A DNA stretch of 55,008 nucleotides from Sphingomonadaceae bacterium (GCA_050261575.1 JBLNDL010000045.1:1-55008), one strand, 5' to 3'. Counted from the stretch's first letter, positions 39,591-49,759 are shown. The notes: generated from the sequence alone by a model not told the origin. Program-made: numbers and translations.

Positions 39591-40889
39591 TCACCTTCCG
39601 TGATCGTAGACTCCGTAAGCCTCCGCCAGCAGATCGACCGGGTGCGCGGTCTGCATCTGGACCCCACGCTCGCGCAGGCCGTGCTCCAACTGGATGAGGC
39701 ACCCGGGGTTGGACGCCACCACAGTGTCCGCTCCGGTGGCGATGACGTGCTTCATCTTCCGCTCCAAGATTATCTCCGATAGCTCCGGCTGGGTGACGTT
39801 GTAGATCCCCGCGCTGCCGCAGCACCAGTCCGACTCCATCATCTCCACCAACTCCAGGCCGGGGATCGCTCGCAGGATCTCCCGAGGTTGCCTGCGGACC
39901 CTCTGCCCATGGGCGAGGTGGCAGGCGTCCTGGTAGGTCACGCGGCGCCGCACCGGGTGGGTGGGGGGTCGCAGCGGCAGCTCCGCCAGCAGCTCGGTCG
40001 CGTCGCGGACCTTGGCGGAGAACGCCTCGGCCCGCTCACCGTAGTCGGGGTCGCCGCGCAGCAGGTCGCCGTACTCCTTCATGGTCGAACCGCACCCAGC
40101 CGCGTTCACCACGATGTAGTCCGCGCGCACACGCTCGAAGACATCGATGTTGTGGCGGGCCAGCTCCATGGCGGTCTCCCTGTCGCCGCTGTGGAGTTGG
40201 AGGGCTCCGCAACACCCCTGGTCTCGGGGTACGAGGACATCGCACCCGTTCGCGGCCAGCACGGCGATGGTGGAGCGGTTGGTGCGCGGGAAGAACTGGG
40301 CCGCCACGCAGCCCGACAGGAGGGCCACCCTGGCTCTGGGCTCCCCTTTAGCCGGCGCTACCTCGGGCAGGGCGGACTCGATCAGGGACCCCTGCAGACG
40401 TGGAAGCATCGACTCCATCCGCTTCATGGTACGGGCGATCCTCAGTAGGCCGGTCGCCCGGACCAGGCTCTGGAGCCCGGACCGTTGGTAGAGGCGGGCC
40501 CCGGTGCCCGCTGCGGCCAGCAGGCGGGGCGAGTTGATCACCTTGCCTAGAATCGCCTTTCTGGTGATCCGCTCGACGGGTCCATCGGGCGGGATGACGG
40601 AGCGGGCGGACTCGATCAGGCGGCCATACTGCACGCCGGAGGGGCAGGCCGTCTCGCAGGCGCGACAATCCAGACACTGGAACATGTGTTTCCGGAAGTG
40701 GGGGTCGCTGGGATCGATCTTCCCCTCCGCGACCAGCCTCATCTGATAGATGCGGCCGCGCGGGGAGTCGGCCTCGTGGCCGAGCGTCCTGTAGGTGGGG
40801 CAGAAGGGGAGGCAGAGCCCGCAGTGGACGCACTGCCGGATCAGCTCCTTGTTCGGGAAGTCCACCGCGGCACCACGCCCTGTCATCAC
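39591..40889 (-). CDS. glcF: Glycolate oxidase Fe-S subunit GlcF-like
   Basis: CVHCGLCLPFCP and CLDCRACETACP ferredoxin motifs; two CCG domains; NAAGCGS, QDACHL. Confidence 0.92.
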   Translation of the reverse strand: MMTGRGAAVDFPNKELIRQCVHCGLCLPFCPTYRTLGHEADSPRGRIYQMRLVAEGKIDPSDPHFRKHMFQCLDCRACETACPSGVQYGRLIESARSVIPPDGPVERITRKAILGKVINSPRLLAAAGTGARLYQRSGLQSLVRATGLLRIARTMKRMESMLPRLQGSLIESALPEVAPAKGEPRARVALLSGCVAAQFFPRTNRSTIAVLAANGCDVLVPRDQGCCGALQLHSGDRETAMELARHNIDVFERVRADYIVVNAAGCGSTMKEYGDLLRGDPDYGERAEAFSAKVRDATELLAELPLRPPTHPVRRRVTYQDACHLAHGQRVRRQPREILRAIPGLELVEMMESDWCCGSAGIYNVTQPELSEIILERKMKHVIATGADTVVASNPGCLIQLEHGLRERGVQMQTAHPVDLLAEAYGVYDHGR

Positions 40890-42208
40890 ATCCCCCCTAC
40901 GAAGCGTCCCGGGTTCAGGATCCCGTGAGGATCGAACTGACTCTTGATTGCCCTCATCAGAGGAATGGGGCCGCCGGGGCTACCCCACACGTCCACGCCC
41001 TCGACCGAACGAGGCCAGTTCTCCACGACCAGCGCGCCACCCGCCGCGACGGCCTCTCGGCGGAACCGGCTGACCGCCTCCAATGCCGCGGGCGCGCTTC
41101 GGGCAGGGACGCTCCAGAAGAGTGCGCCGACGCCATGGCCCCAGACGAACGGCTCGCCACCCGACGTTGCCACCTCCCGGCAGACTCGCCCCATCGTGGC
41201 GGGCAGGAGGGCGAAGCGGCAGGTGAGGACATCGTCGGCCCAGCGGAGTGCCGACGCCATCCGTGCCAGGCAGGCCCACACCCGTTCTGCAGCGCCTTCG
41301 TCCAGACGCTGAGAGTCGGTCGCCCCTTCTGCTCTCGCGGCGGCCTCGAACTCGGCCAGGTGCCTATCCACCGCAGGAGCGAAGCCGCTGGCGCGGCCCA
41401 GCAGCGCCCAGTGGCCGGGGGGCAGCCGGAGGCCGGACTCGGCCGCCACCCGATCGTTCAGCAAGTCCAGGGCGGTGGGCGCCAGCGGCCTCCGGAGGAT
41501 GGTCCCAACCGCCCTTCCGGCCGCGTCGACCGATGGGAAGGTGCCGATCCAGCTCCGCTCGGTCTCAGGGCGTGGCGCCACCTTGAGGGTAACCTCCACC
41601 AGCATCCCCACCGTGCCCAGCGCGCCGATGTGGAGCTTGTTCAGGTCGTAACCCGTGACGTTCTTGACCACCCGACCTCCCGCTCTGGTCAACGTTCCGT
41701 CGACGTTGGCCGTTCGCGTCCCGATCACCATGTCCCGAAGCCCTCCGTCCCTGATCCGCCTCGGGCCGCTCACGTTGGTGGCCACCACGCCGCCCACCGT
41801 CGCCTCCGGCATCAGCGGCGGGTCCAGAGGCAGCCACTGCCCTCTCTCCCCCAGGAGTCGCTGCAACTCCCCGAAGCGCATGCCGGCCTCGACGGTGACC
41901 GTCAGGTCGCCCGGCACGTACTCCACAAGCCGGTCCAGCCGCCGTGTGGTGAGGATCACGTCGGCCCGCCGCGGTGGGAGCCCCAGGCGCTGCTGGGTGC
42001 CCCCGCCCCAGGGGATCACGGCCGCGCCGGCCCGGTCGCAGCAGGCGAGGGCGGCGGCCAACGCCTCCGATGACGACGGGGAGCACAGGAGCCTAGGCCG
42101 GATACCTCGCGCGGAGATGCGCGGTGCGTCAGCCTCTTCCAGCACGGTGGTCTCGGCTTCGTTGCGGAGATCGCCTGCCAGGGCAGTGAGATCTGGTTCG
42201 TTAGTCAT
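40886..42208 (-). CDS. glcE: Glycolate oxidase FAD-binding subunit GlcE-like
   Basis: GGGT, PGDLTVTVEAG, ATVGG, GGRVVKNVTGYDL, FDPHGILNPGR. Confidence 0.9.
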   Translation of the reverse strand: MTNEPDLTALAGDLRNEAETTVLEEADAPRISARGIRPRLLCSPSSSEALAAALACCDRAGAAVIPWGGGTQQRLGLPPRRADVILTTRRLDRLVEYVPGDLTVTVEAGMRFGELQRLLGERGQWLPLDPPLMPEATVGGVVATNVSGPRRIRDGGLRDMVIGTRTANVDGTLTRAGGRVVKNVTGYDLNKLHIGALGTVGMLVEVTLKVAPRPETERSWIGTFPSVDAAGRAVGTILRRPLAPTALDLLNDRVAAESGLRLPPGHWALLGRASGFAPAVDRHLAEFEAAARAEGATDSQRLDEGAAERVWACLARMASALRWADDVLTCRFALLPATMGRVCREVATSGGEPFVWGHGVGALFWSVPARSAPAALEAVSRFRREAVAAGGALVVENWPRSVEGVDVWGSPGGPIPLMRAIKSQFDPHGILNPGRFVGGM

Positions 42209-42212
42209 GGCG

Positions 42213-43655
42213 TCACAACCAGCCTATCCCGCTCATCTTGCTGCTCGGCGGACGAGATCGAACCTCAGCGCAACGTCCCGGGGTGGGGAAGACCTTCCCG
42301 GGATTGCAGCGCCCCTGGGGATCGAAGGCAGCCTTGAGACGGAGCATTGCGGCCATGTCCTGGTCCGAGAAGAGGAGGGGCATCAGGCCCATCTTCTCCA
42401 ACCCGATGCCGTGCTCTCCAGACAGAACCCCGCCCGCCTCCACGCAGATCCTCATGATCTCCGCTCCCGCCTCCTTGACCCGCTCGACTTCGTTCTGGCT
42501 GGTGCCGTCGAACAGGATCAGCGGGTGGAGGTTGCCATCTCCCGCGTGGAAGACGTTGGCAATGGGGAATCCGTAGCGGGTGGAAACGTCGGCGATGGCG
42601 GCGAGCACCCCGGGCAACTTGGTGCGGGGCACGACGCCGTCGACGACGTAGTACTCGGGACTGAGCCGCCCCATGGCGCCGAAGGCCCCCTTTCTGCCTG
42701 CCCAGAGCAGCTCGCGCTCCTCCGCGGTCTGGGCGACCCGGACGTTGCTCGCCCCGTGAGACCGAGCGATCGCCTCGATCGCGGCTGCCTGCTCATCCAG
42801 TCCCTCCCGCAGTCCGTCCACTTCGATCAGCAGCACGGCTCCGGCGTCCTCGGGGTAGCCCGCGTGGTAGGCCGCCTCGACGGCCTTGATCGCCAGCTTG
42901 TCCATCATTTCGATGGCGGCGGGTACGATCCCGCTGCCGATCACGTCGGAGACGGTGGCACTGGCGCTCTCCACGTCCCGGAAGATGGCGAGCAGCGTCT
43001 TGACGGCCTCCGGCAGCGGGACGATGCGGACAGTGATCTTCGTGGCGATCCCCAGGGTGCCCTCGCTCCCCACCAGTATGCCGGTGAGGTCGTAGCCGGG
43101 GAGGTCGAGCGCCTTGCTCCCCACCTGGACGATCTCCCCCTCTGGGGTCACCACCTCCAGCCCCAGGACGTGGTTCGCCGTTACGCCATACAGCAGGGTG
43201 TGGGGCCCGCCGGCGTTCTCACCGACGTTTCCCCCGATGGTGCAGGCTTTCTGGCTGGAGGGATCGGGGACGTAGTACATACCGTGCTCGGCGATGGCCT
43301 GGCTGAGGTGGAGGTTCACCAGCCCAGGCTCGACCACGGCGCGCAGGTTGGGCAGGTCAACCTCCAGGATGCGTGCCATCTTCACCAGGGAGATCAACAC
43401 CCCTCCCTCGACCGGGAGGGCGCCGCCCGACAACCCCGTCCCGCCGCCCCTGGGAGTGAAGGGCACGCCGTAACGGTGGCACGCCTTGACTACATCGGCC
43501 ACCTGCTCGGCCGACTCGGGGAGCACCACCGCCTGGGGACGGGCCTTATCCACGGAGCCGTCGTACTCGTACAGCCGCAGGTCGTAGTCCTCCCAGAGGA
43601 CGTTGCGTCTCCCAACGAGGGCCATCAGTTCTCTGACGAATCTGCCTGGCGGCAC
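42213..43655 (-). CDS. glcD: Glycolate oxidase FAD-linked subunit GlcD-like
   Basis: PRGGGTGLSGG, PDPSSQKACTIGGN, GSEGTLG, HAGDGNLHP, GEHGIG, NPGKVF; GTG 43655 after GGAGAG. Confidence 0.93.
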   Translation of the reverse strand: MPPGRFVRELMALVGRRNVLWEDYDLRLYEYDGSVDKARPQAVVLPESAEQVADVVKACHRYGVPFTPRGGGTGLSGGALPVEGGVLISLVKMARILEVDLPNLRAVVEPGLVNLHLSQAIAEHGMYYVPDPSSQKACTIGGNVGENAGGPHTLLYGVTANHVLGLEVVTPEGEIVQVGSKALDLPGYDLTGILVGSEGTLGIATKITVRIVPLPEAVKTLLAIFRDVESASATVSDVIGSGIVPAAIEMMDKLAIKAVEAAYHAGYPEDAGAVLLIEVDGLREGLDEQAAAIEAIARSHGASNVRVAQTAEERELLWAGRKGAFGAMGRLSPEYYVVDGVVPRTKLPGVLAAIADVSTRYGFPIANVFHAGDGNLHPLILFDGTSQNEVERVKEAGAEIMRICVEAGGVLSGEHGIGLEKMGLMPLLFSDQDMAAMLRLKAAFDPQGRCNPGKVFPTPGRCAEVRSRPPSSKMSGIGWL

Positions 43656-43875
43656 CGTTCTCTCCACGAGGTGCGGATTGGTTGCGCGGGGGCACGCTAC
43701 CATGGAACACCTGCAACCAGATAGTAGCAAGGCGCATGCCCGTTTCCCGACTTGCTCAAGGGCCGCGGTGGGGTTAAGATCGATGCGACCATCGCCATCC
43801 GCGTCCGAGATGCCCTGGTGTGCCTGCTCTCTAGTCGTGTCGAGGTCCACATCGTTCTCGTGGGAGGTCTCTGCT

Positions 43876-44763
43876 GTGTTAGCACAGGTAAGCCTGACCG
43901 TTGCCGAGGCGAAACTGCTCATCGCCCGAGCCATCGCTGCCCTTCCGGAGGTGCGCGCCGCCCTGGAGTCCGGGAGCATTCTGCTCAAGGGCGGAAGCAC
44001 GGTCTCCGCTGTGGCGGAGGAACTGGTGGGGCACCCGCTGAAGATCTCCGGGCGCGTGAGTCCCCGAGGGACCAGGTCCACTCTGGCAACCAGCCCATCC
44101 TCGCCACACTGCATGCTGATCCACCGAGGAGAGTGGCGCAACGTGGACGGCGAGTTGGCCACGGTGGTGCCGTCGCTGGGCCCGCGCGATGTGGTGGTGC
44201 TGGGCGCCAACCTGATCGACTCCCGAGGTGGTGCCGCGATGATGGCCGGTATGGCCCTGGGAGGTAACCCCGGCCAGGTGATGGCCGGGCTGATGGCCCA
44301 GGGGGTTCCGGTGCTGATCGCGGCCGGGTTGGAGAAGCTGACTCCCGGCACGGTAGCCGATGCGATTCGGCACGCTGGAATGGCGCGGCCGGATTGGTCA
44401 CTCGGGCTGGCGGTGGGGCTTGTGCCGATAGTGGGGCGGCTGATCACAGAGATCGAGGCCCTGCAAGTGCTGGCGGGAGTGACCCCCACGGTGATCGGGC
44501 GAGGCGGGATCGATGGGGCCGAGGGCGGGACGACCATGGTCGTGGAGGGGGAGGCAGACGCGGTGCAGCGGGCAATCGACGCGGTCCTCGGCGTCAAAGG
44601 AGCCCGAACAAGTGGCAGCCCAGATAGCTGGCCCGAGTGCCGCGGGGGCAGCGAGAAGTGCAGGAGCCACCGGGTGTGCGTGTGGAAGCAGTGGGGCAAG
44701 AAGGGATGGGGCAAATGGGAGACGCCGTCGGGCCCTGCACCAGCCGGCGCCGAGTTCCGCTGA
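43876..44763 (+). CDS. Conserved-looking uncharacterised alpha/beta protein with C-terminal Cys cluster
   Basis: GGGAGG RBS before GTG 43876; LTVAEAKLLIARAI, GANLID, GLEKL, GRGGIDGAEG; CRGGSEKCRSHRVC tail. Confidence 0.75.
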   Translation: MLAQVSLTVAEAKLLIARAIAALPEVRAALESGSILLKGGSTVSAVAEELVGHPLKISGRVSPRGTRSTLATSPSSPHCMLIHRGEWRNVDGELATVVPSLGPRDVVVLGANLIDSRGGAAMMAGMALGGNPGQVMAGLMAQGVPVLIAAGLEKLTPGTVADAIRHAGMARPDWSLGLAVGLVPIVGRLITEIEALQVLAGVTPTVIGRGGIDGAEGGTTMVVEGEADAVQRAIDAVLGVKGARTSGSPDSWPECRGGSEKCRSHRVCVWKQWGKKGWGKWETPSGPAPAGAEFR

Positions 44764-44788
44764 CACGGCCGCGCGGCCGCGATCGCAT

Positions 44789-44817
44789 TTGCCCTCGAGG
44801 CCACTGCGTGCTATAAT
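44789..44817 (+). promoter_or_regulatory. Promoter of tRNA-Gln
   Basis: TTGCCC-17 nt-TATAAT with extended TG. Confidence 0.7.
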
Positions 44818-44829
44818 TCCTCAGTCCGT

Positions 44830-44903
44830 TGGGGGATCGTCTAGTGGTAGGACAGCTGACTCTGGATCAGTAAGCCGGGGTTCGAATCCCTGTCCCCCAG
44901 CCA
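44830..44903 (+). tRNA. tRNA-Gln (anticodon CUG)
   Basis: Acceptor stem TGGGGGA/TCCCCCA, D loop TAGTGGTA, anticodon loop CTCTGGA, T loop TTCGAAT, encoded CCA. Confidence 0.97.
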
Positions 44904-44908
44904 ACGGA

Positions 44909-44946
44909 AACGGCCAGCCGAATCACCGGCTGGCCGTTCGCTTTCT
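44909..44946. terminator. Terminator downstream of tRNA-Gln
   Basis: AACGGCCAGCCG-AATCAC-CGGCTGGCCGTT followed by CGCTTTCT. Confidence 0.7.
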
Positions 44947-45077
44947 CCAGCGGTCGGGGCCCTATCCTTCCGTGGCCGCGGGCCGAGGCGCGGCACGCTC
45001 AGGCAGCATGGCGTCGCTCCGGTCCAGGTTGAAGATGCCGCAGACGCAAGCGTCGCCAGGCATGTTCGACGCCTCGT

Positions 45078-46214
45078 CTAGTTGAACACCATCGGCACGG
45101 GGATGAACACCAGCAGGAGCAGCACCAGGGAGAGGGCGGCCAGCAGTCTCTCCCCCGGCCTCAGAGGAGTCACGTCGTCCAGGGGCACGGCGTGGACCCT
45201 GCCCATGAAGAGCACCAGGAAGGCCCAGAGCATCCACCCCTGCCAGGCCAGGCTGAGCGCGACCAGCGCGCCCACGACCCCCCAGGTTAGGTACTTGGCG
45301 CGGCGACCAAACAGGGCGTAAGCTATGTGCCCCCCATCCAACTGCCCGGCCGGGATGAGGTTCATCCCCGTCACCAGCAGTCCTGCCCAGCCGGCAAGGG
45401 CCACCGAGTTGATGTACACGTCGACTCCGGCCGAGGGTAGGAACCGGCCGAAGACCGCCAGCTTGGCCAGAGCGTAGAGGATGGAGTTTCCCTCCTGGAA
45501 GGTGCCCGGCGTGATCCGACCCAGCTCGGAGGAGGAGAGCCCAACGAACAGCACGGGAATGGCAACGACCAGGCCGGCGATCGGGCCAGAGGCTCCCAAC
45601 AGCAGCAGGGCCCGCCGGTTTCGGGATGGCGCCCTGGTCTGGATTACCGCGCCCATAGTCCCGAGCAGCGACAGAGGCATCGGTATGAAGTAGGGCAGGG
45701 TTGCGGGAATCCTCTGCCAGCGGGCCATCAGGTAGTGCCCCATCTCGTGGGCTAGCAGGATGCCCAGCAGACTCGCCGCGAAGGGAACCCCTGCCAGCAG
45801 GTTGAACCCCTTCCCGGGCACGGAGTCGTACTCCGCCCCTACCCAGAGCACCGACAGCAGTGTGGCGCCGAAAAGTGCCAGAGCAGTCAGCGTTCGGCCG
45901 CCGCTCTTGGGCAGCGAGCCCGGTAGGGCTATCACGACGTGATCCGCCTTGTCCTCCCTCAGCATCGCCACGTAGCCAAGGGTCGCGAGGCGCTCGGAGA
46001 GCCAGTCGAACGCTCGGTCGGAGTCCACCAGGAGCCGGCCTCGAAGCTCCAGCGCAGGATCGCCGGAGGGCATTGGACGGCCGACTAGATCTCCCAACTC
46101 CTGGTCCACCCACCTCGCGGTACGTACCTGCATCACGTCGGAGCAGGTGGCTACCAGGCGGCGGGCTTCCGCTGCCTCCGCCGGGATCCCCAAAGACTCG
46201 AAGTAGTCGTCCAT
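45078..46214 (-). CDS. Site-2 protease (peptidase M50 family)
   Basis: HEMGH, LPYFIP, GTMGAVI, SGPIAG, NLIPAGQLDGGH; multiple TM helices. Confidence 0.93.
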   Translation of the reverse strand: MDDYFESLGIPAEAAEARRLVATCSDVMQVRTARWVDQELGDLVGRPMPSGDPALELRGRLLVDSDRAFDWLSERLATLGYVAMLREDKADHVVIALPGSLPKSGGRTLTALALFGATLLSVLWVGAEYDSVPGKGFNLLAGVPFAASLLGILLAHEMGHYLMARWQRIPATLPYFIPMPLSLLGTMGAVIQTRAPSRNRRALLLLGASGPIAGLVVAIPVLFVGLSSSELGRITPGTFQEGNSILYALAKLAVFGRFLPSAGVDVYINSVALAGWAGLLVTGMNLIPAGQLDGGHIAYALFGRRAKYLTWGVVGALVALSLAWQGWMLWAFLVLFMGRVHAVPLDDVTPLRPGERLLAALSLVLLLLVFIPVPMVFN

Positions 46215-46297
46215 TTCTCCAACCCAGTGGCGGTAGCCACGGTCGTGGTATTCTCAGTCGTCGCCGGAGACCTATGCCGACCCGTGCCGTGCAGTCC

Positions 46298-47797
46298 CTA
46301 CGAGCAAGGCGACACCAAGTACACTATACCCCCACTGCGCAGCCAGATGCGACCCAGCTCACCCCGTTTGTACACCATCCGGACCGACTGACTGTTCGGA
46401 GCGATGGGGTCGTTGACGATCACGTCCCCTTCCGGAGTGAAGCCCCGAACCACGATCAGATGTCCGTCGGTGGATGGGGTGGCTGCGCCGCTCAACTCTC
46501 CCGCCCGGTATGCCACGCTGATTATCACCGGCCGCCCCGCTGCGATCTCCTGCTCGAGCTGCTCCACGGCATAGAAGCGGTCGACCCTAGCATCGAACCC
46601 GTTGGCTCCCGCGTAGGCCGTGTTCAGAGGCCAGTTTCCGTAGATGCCGGTGGTCTGGTCCCGCACGCCCGCGTACACCTCGGCCACGCTCTTCTTCGAC
46701 CCCCAGTATTGCATTACCATTGCCAGAGAGGTGGGGCTGCATATCTTGGTCGCCACGGCCGGAGCCTCCTCCAACTGGGAGTGTCGCGGAACGTCCATGT
46801 CGCGGGCTGCCCCAGCGGGCCGAACGAGTGGCGGGCCTACCAGGCCCTTGCCAAGGTTCGAGTACACGACCGAAACCTGGCGCAGCAGGGGTGAGGAGTC
46901 TCCCGAACCGGTGAAGACAACCCTGTACTGCAGCGCGGTCGCCGGAGACGACAGCTTCAGGGTATCCACGTCGACTCTGCCTTTGGCATCCACCTGCCCC
47001 GCGATGCTGCGTCCCCCCTCCTTGCGCCACTCACCCATGGCGTACCAGCGGCTCCAGCTTTCGCCCTGGCGGACCCGCAGCTCGAGTCTGAGAGACGTCC
47101 CCGCCGGAGCCTCGGCGTTCCAAGAGAGGACGGCATCGTCGAAGTCGAACTCCGCCTCCCTTACCTCGGACAGTAGTTCGCCAGAGGGGGCGTAGCCGCC
47201 GTCCCGTGTGGCGAGGCGGGCCCCCTCTGCGGCATCGACCTGGAGATTCGTGGCTCTACCTCGCACGAGTTCTGTTGGACCGCTCAGCCACGACTGGACG
47301 GTCCTCTGCACAGCCGGACGAGGAGCGTCGGCGACAGATGGCGTCGCCGTGAGTTGGACCGGTCGTTGGGTGGGCGGCGGCTCGGGCGACCGGGTGGGCT
47401 CGGCGGCAGGGCCAGTCGCCGCGGCGCTACCTCGCTCCTCCGCCGGCCCGAGGGTCGGCGACGCAGGCACACCCGCTGTGGATTCGGCCGGGACTGTGTT
47501 GGCAGCGGCAGGGGTGGTGGTCGGCGGGACAGGGGTCGCCTCGGCCGCGGCAACGGTCGGAGCGGCGGTCCCCGTGGCGGTCGGGGCCGCGACCGCGGGA
47601 GTGGCTGTGGCGGGCGGAAGAGTCGCGGCGGACCCGCAGGCGGACAGTACAACGAGCCCCACCAGGGAGAGCAGCGCGGCCAGTCGGTGCGCCGCCAGGA
47701 CACGGGACGGTCGAGCCGTGGCGCTGCTTTCGCCGCCGGTGGCACGAATGATCGACAGCCCAAGGTGCGGGCTGGATTTGCCGGAAGTGGAGTGCAT
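46298..47797 (-). CDS. Lipoprotein with Pro/Ala/Thr linker and C-terminal C39-like peptidase domain
   Basis: LVVLSAC lipobox; VPRHSQ, CSPTSLAM (Cys), YGNWPLN, GHLIVVRGF (His), VNDP (Asp); start uncertain. Confidence 0.85.
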   Translation of the reverse strand: MHSTSGKSSPHLGLSIIRATGGESSATARPSRVLAAHRLAALLSLVGLVVLSACGSAATLPPATATPAVAAPTATGTAAPTVAAAEATPVPPTTTPAAANTVPAESTAGVPASPTLGPAEERGSAAATGPAAEPTRSPEPPPTQRPVQLTATPSVADAPRPAVQRTVQSWLSGPTELVRGRATNLQVDAAEGARLATRDGGYAPSGELLSEVREAEFDFDDAVLSWNAEAPAGTSLRLELRVRQGESWSRWYAMGEWRKEGGRSIAGQVDAKGRVDVDTLKLSSPATALQYRVVFTGSGDSSPLLRQVSVVYSNLGKGLVGPPLVRPAGAARDMDVPRHSQLEEAPAVATKICSPTSLAMVMQYWGSKKSVAEVYAGVRDQTTGIYGNWPLNTAYAGANGFDARVDRFYAVEQLEQEIAAGRPVIISVAYRAGELSGAATPSTDGHLIVVRGFTPEGDVIVNDPIAPNSQSVRMVYKRGELGRIWLRSGGIVYLVSPCS

Positions 47798-47873
47798 GCT
47801 TCGCTCCAGATCTCGAGGTGGAGCGAATTGTAGCACGAAGCAAGCAAAGATGATGAACGGCGGCAGGCCCCCG

Positions 47874-49193
47874 CTACTGTGGCACGTACCCGAGGTCGTC
47901 GGTGAACAGTAGCCGATCGATCCTAGCCCCCGACTCCCGCCCCACCAGCCGGATGGCGTGCTGCCCTCCGGTCAGCTCCAGGGTGATGCGGTTCTCCGGG
48001 GAGCCGTCGCGCCAGCCCACCCACTTCCACTCTTGGTAGCCGCCCTCGTCGTTGCCGACTCGAATGGGCGGTTGGCCGTCCACGAGGAGCCAGTAGCTGT
48101 TGCCGTTGACGTTGGGGTACCACATACGAGCCCAGACGGCGTAGGTGCCGTCATGCGGGACCTCCACCGTCAGGGTCGCCTCCCCGGTGGCAGGAGGGTT
48201 GCCGCGGCCGTCCCAGCCCTGATCGCTGACGGTGGTGTAGACGTACCGCCCGTTTGCGGCGCCGTCGTCGGCGCCGAGTGCCATCGGCCCGGACAGTTGA
48301 GCCTCGCTTGCGACGACCTCCACCGACGCCCCAGAGGGGGCGGTGGCGGGCGCAGCGCCGGACGTGGGCTGTGGAGTCGCCCCAGGTGTCGCCGAGGCTC
48401 CGGGTGTGGCGGTCGCCGACGGTGTCGCACCGGGCGACCGTGTCGGCGGGGGCGGCGTGGCAGAAGGCGATGCCGCCGGTGCTGGCGAAGGGCTCGTCGT
48501 CGCGGCTGGGGTCGCGGTTGCCGGCGTCACCGACGGGCTCGGCGAAGGCCGGGGAGTCGATGTGAGCGGCGACGGGACTGCCGTCGGGGGCACCGACGTC
48601 GCCGTTACCGTCGGCGGAACCGGGGTGTGCGTGGCCGTAGGCACGCTGGTCGGCGTCGGGGAGGGACTCGGGGTCGGAGTCGGCGTTGGCGTCACGACGG
48701 AAGGTGGCCCGATGATCTCCACCCTTTCCGCTTCCACCTCGGGGATGCGCAACTCCTTGCCGGTGACGGAGCGGCTCACGCGAAAGCCCCGGACGGTGCC
48801 CATAACCCGGACCTGATAACCGTTCTTCACCTTGGGGTCGCTCTTGGTGGCAACGTGGGTGTTCCCCTCCGCCTTGGCAGCGTCGGTGTACATCTGGAAT
48901 CGGTTGTAGCCTTCGGACTCGCCCAGGACGTTGAACACCTCGCCCTCGAGGATCACCGGGCTGCCCTGGTATCGGTCCGCATTCTGGGCGACCAAACCCC
49001 AACTCTGGTTGTCCAGGGTAGCTGGTGTGGGGGACTCGTTGCCCTGCTCGCCTTGTCCGGCCGTCGTGGGCGCCCCACCTCGCTCGCTTTCCTGCTGAGC
49101 TGGAGGCCCGCTCTGCGTGGCGTTAACGCACCCGGCCAGCAGCATGCTCGTCACCACCGTGCCGAGGACGACGATGTTTGCCAACCCTTTCAC
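47874..49193 (-). CDS. Lipoprotein: OB-fold-like domain, long Pro/Thr linker, C-terminal beta-sandwich (carbohydrate-binding-like)
   Basis: GGAGGGG RBS, MLLAGC lipobox; NADRYQGSPVILEGEV, PTPTPTPSPS, GTYAVWAR..NSYW..RESGARIDRL. Confidence 0.75.
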   Translation of the reverse strand: MKGLANIVVLGTVVTSMLLAGCVNATQSGPPAQQESERGGAPTTAGQGEQGNESPTPATLDNQSWGLVAQNADRYQGSPVILEGEVFNVLGESEGYNRFQMYTDAAKAEGNTHVATKSDPKVKNGYQVRVMGTVRGFRVSRSVTGKELRIPEVEAERVEIIGPPSVVTPTPTPTPSPSPTPTSVPTATHTPVPPTVTATSVPPTAVPSPLTSTPRPSPSPSVTPATATPAATTSPSPAPAASPSATPPPPTRSPGATPSATATPGASATPGATPQPTSGAAPATAPSGASVEVVASEAQLSGPMALGADDGAANGRYVYTTVSDQGWDGRGNPPATGEATLTVEVPHDGTYAVWARMWYPNVNGNSYWLLVDGQPPIRVGNDEGGYQEWKWVGWRDGSPENRITLELTGGQHAIRLVGRESGARIDRLLFTDDLGYVPQ

Positions 49194-49330
49194 TGGCCCC
49201 TCCGCCTTTGCTCTGCCTCCCCGAAGGACACCTTTCGTCACGCTGAACGCGGGGAGGAAGCAAGAGGGATACCACGTCCGTTGCCTGGCGTCCTGGTCGC
49301 TGCTATTCTTCCACCCGGAGGTGAGAGAAG

Positions 49331-49759
49331 ATGGTGCGGATTGCCGCGAGGAAGGTCCGGTCCGGGGCGCGACGGCCCCAATACGCCACCGCCGGAGCGG
49401 CCGGCCTCGATCTACACGCCTGTCTCGAGACACCCATGGAGATAGCCTCTGGGGGCATTGTGCTCGTGCCCACCGGCATGGCCTTCGCCATTCCCTCGGG
49501 CTACGTGGGGTTGATTCGGGACCGATCGAGCCTGGCGCTCTCTGGCCTGCATACCGTGGCCGGCGTCATCGACAGCGACTACAGGGGCGAAGTGCTGGTG
49601 GCCGTCCACAACGCGGGATCGGAGCCCCGGTGCGTCCGTCCGCACGACCGGATCGCGCAGATGCTGGTGCTGCCCTGTCCTCAGGTCGAGGTGGTGGAGA
49701 TGGACGAGCTTCCTCCGTCGGAAAGGGGCGCTGGAGGGTTCGGGAGCACCGGTCGCTAG
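49331..49759 (+). CDS. dut: dUTP diphosphatase
   Basis: AGLDL, VPTG, RSSLA, GVIDSDYRGE, DRIAQ, RGAGGFGSTG. Confidence 0.96.
   Translation: MVRIAARKVRSGARRPQYATAGAAGLDLHACLETPMEIASGGIVLVPTGMAFAIPSGYVGLIRDRSSLALSGLHTVAGVIDSDYRGEVLVAVHNAGSEPRCVRPHDRIAQMLVLPCPQVEVVEMDELPPSERGAGGFGSTGR

Noticed and set aside
43656..44804. 863-aa GlcD fusion ORF
   Set aside because: The extension is the antisense shadow of the plus-strand gene 43876-44763; GlcD similarity begins near 43655.
44830..44960. tRNA-Gln as an island integration site
   Set aside because: No adjacent integrase and no duplicated tRNA 3' end seen; the tRNA is followed directly by its terminator.
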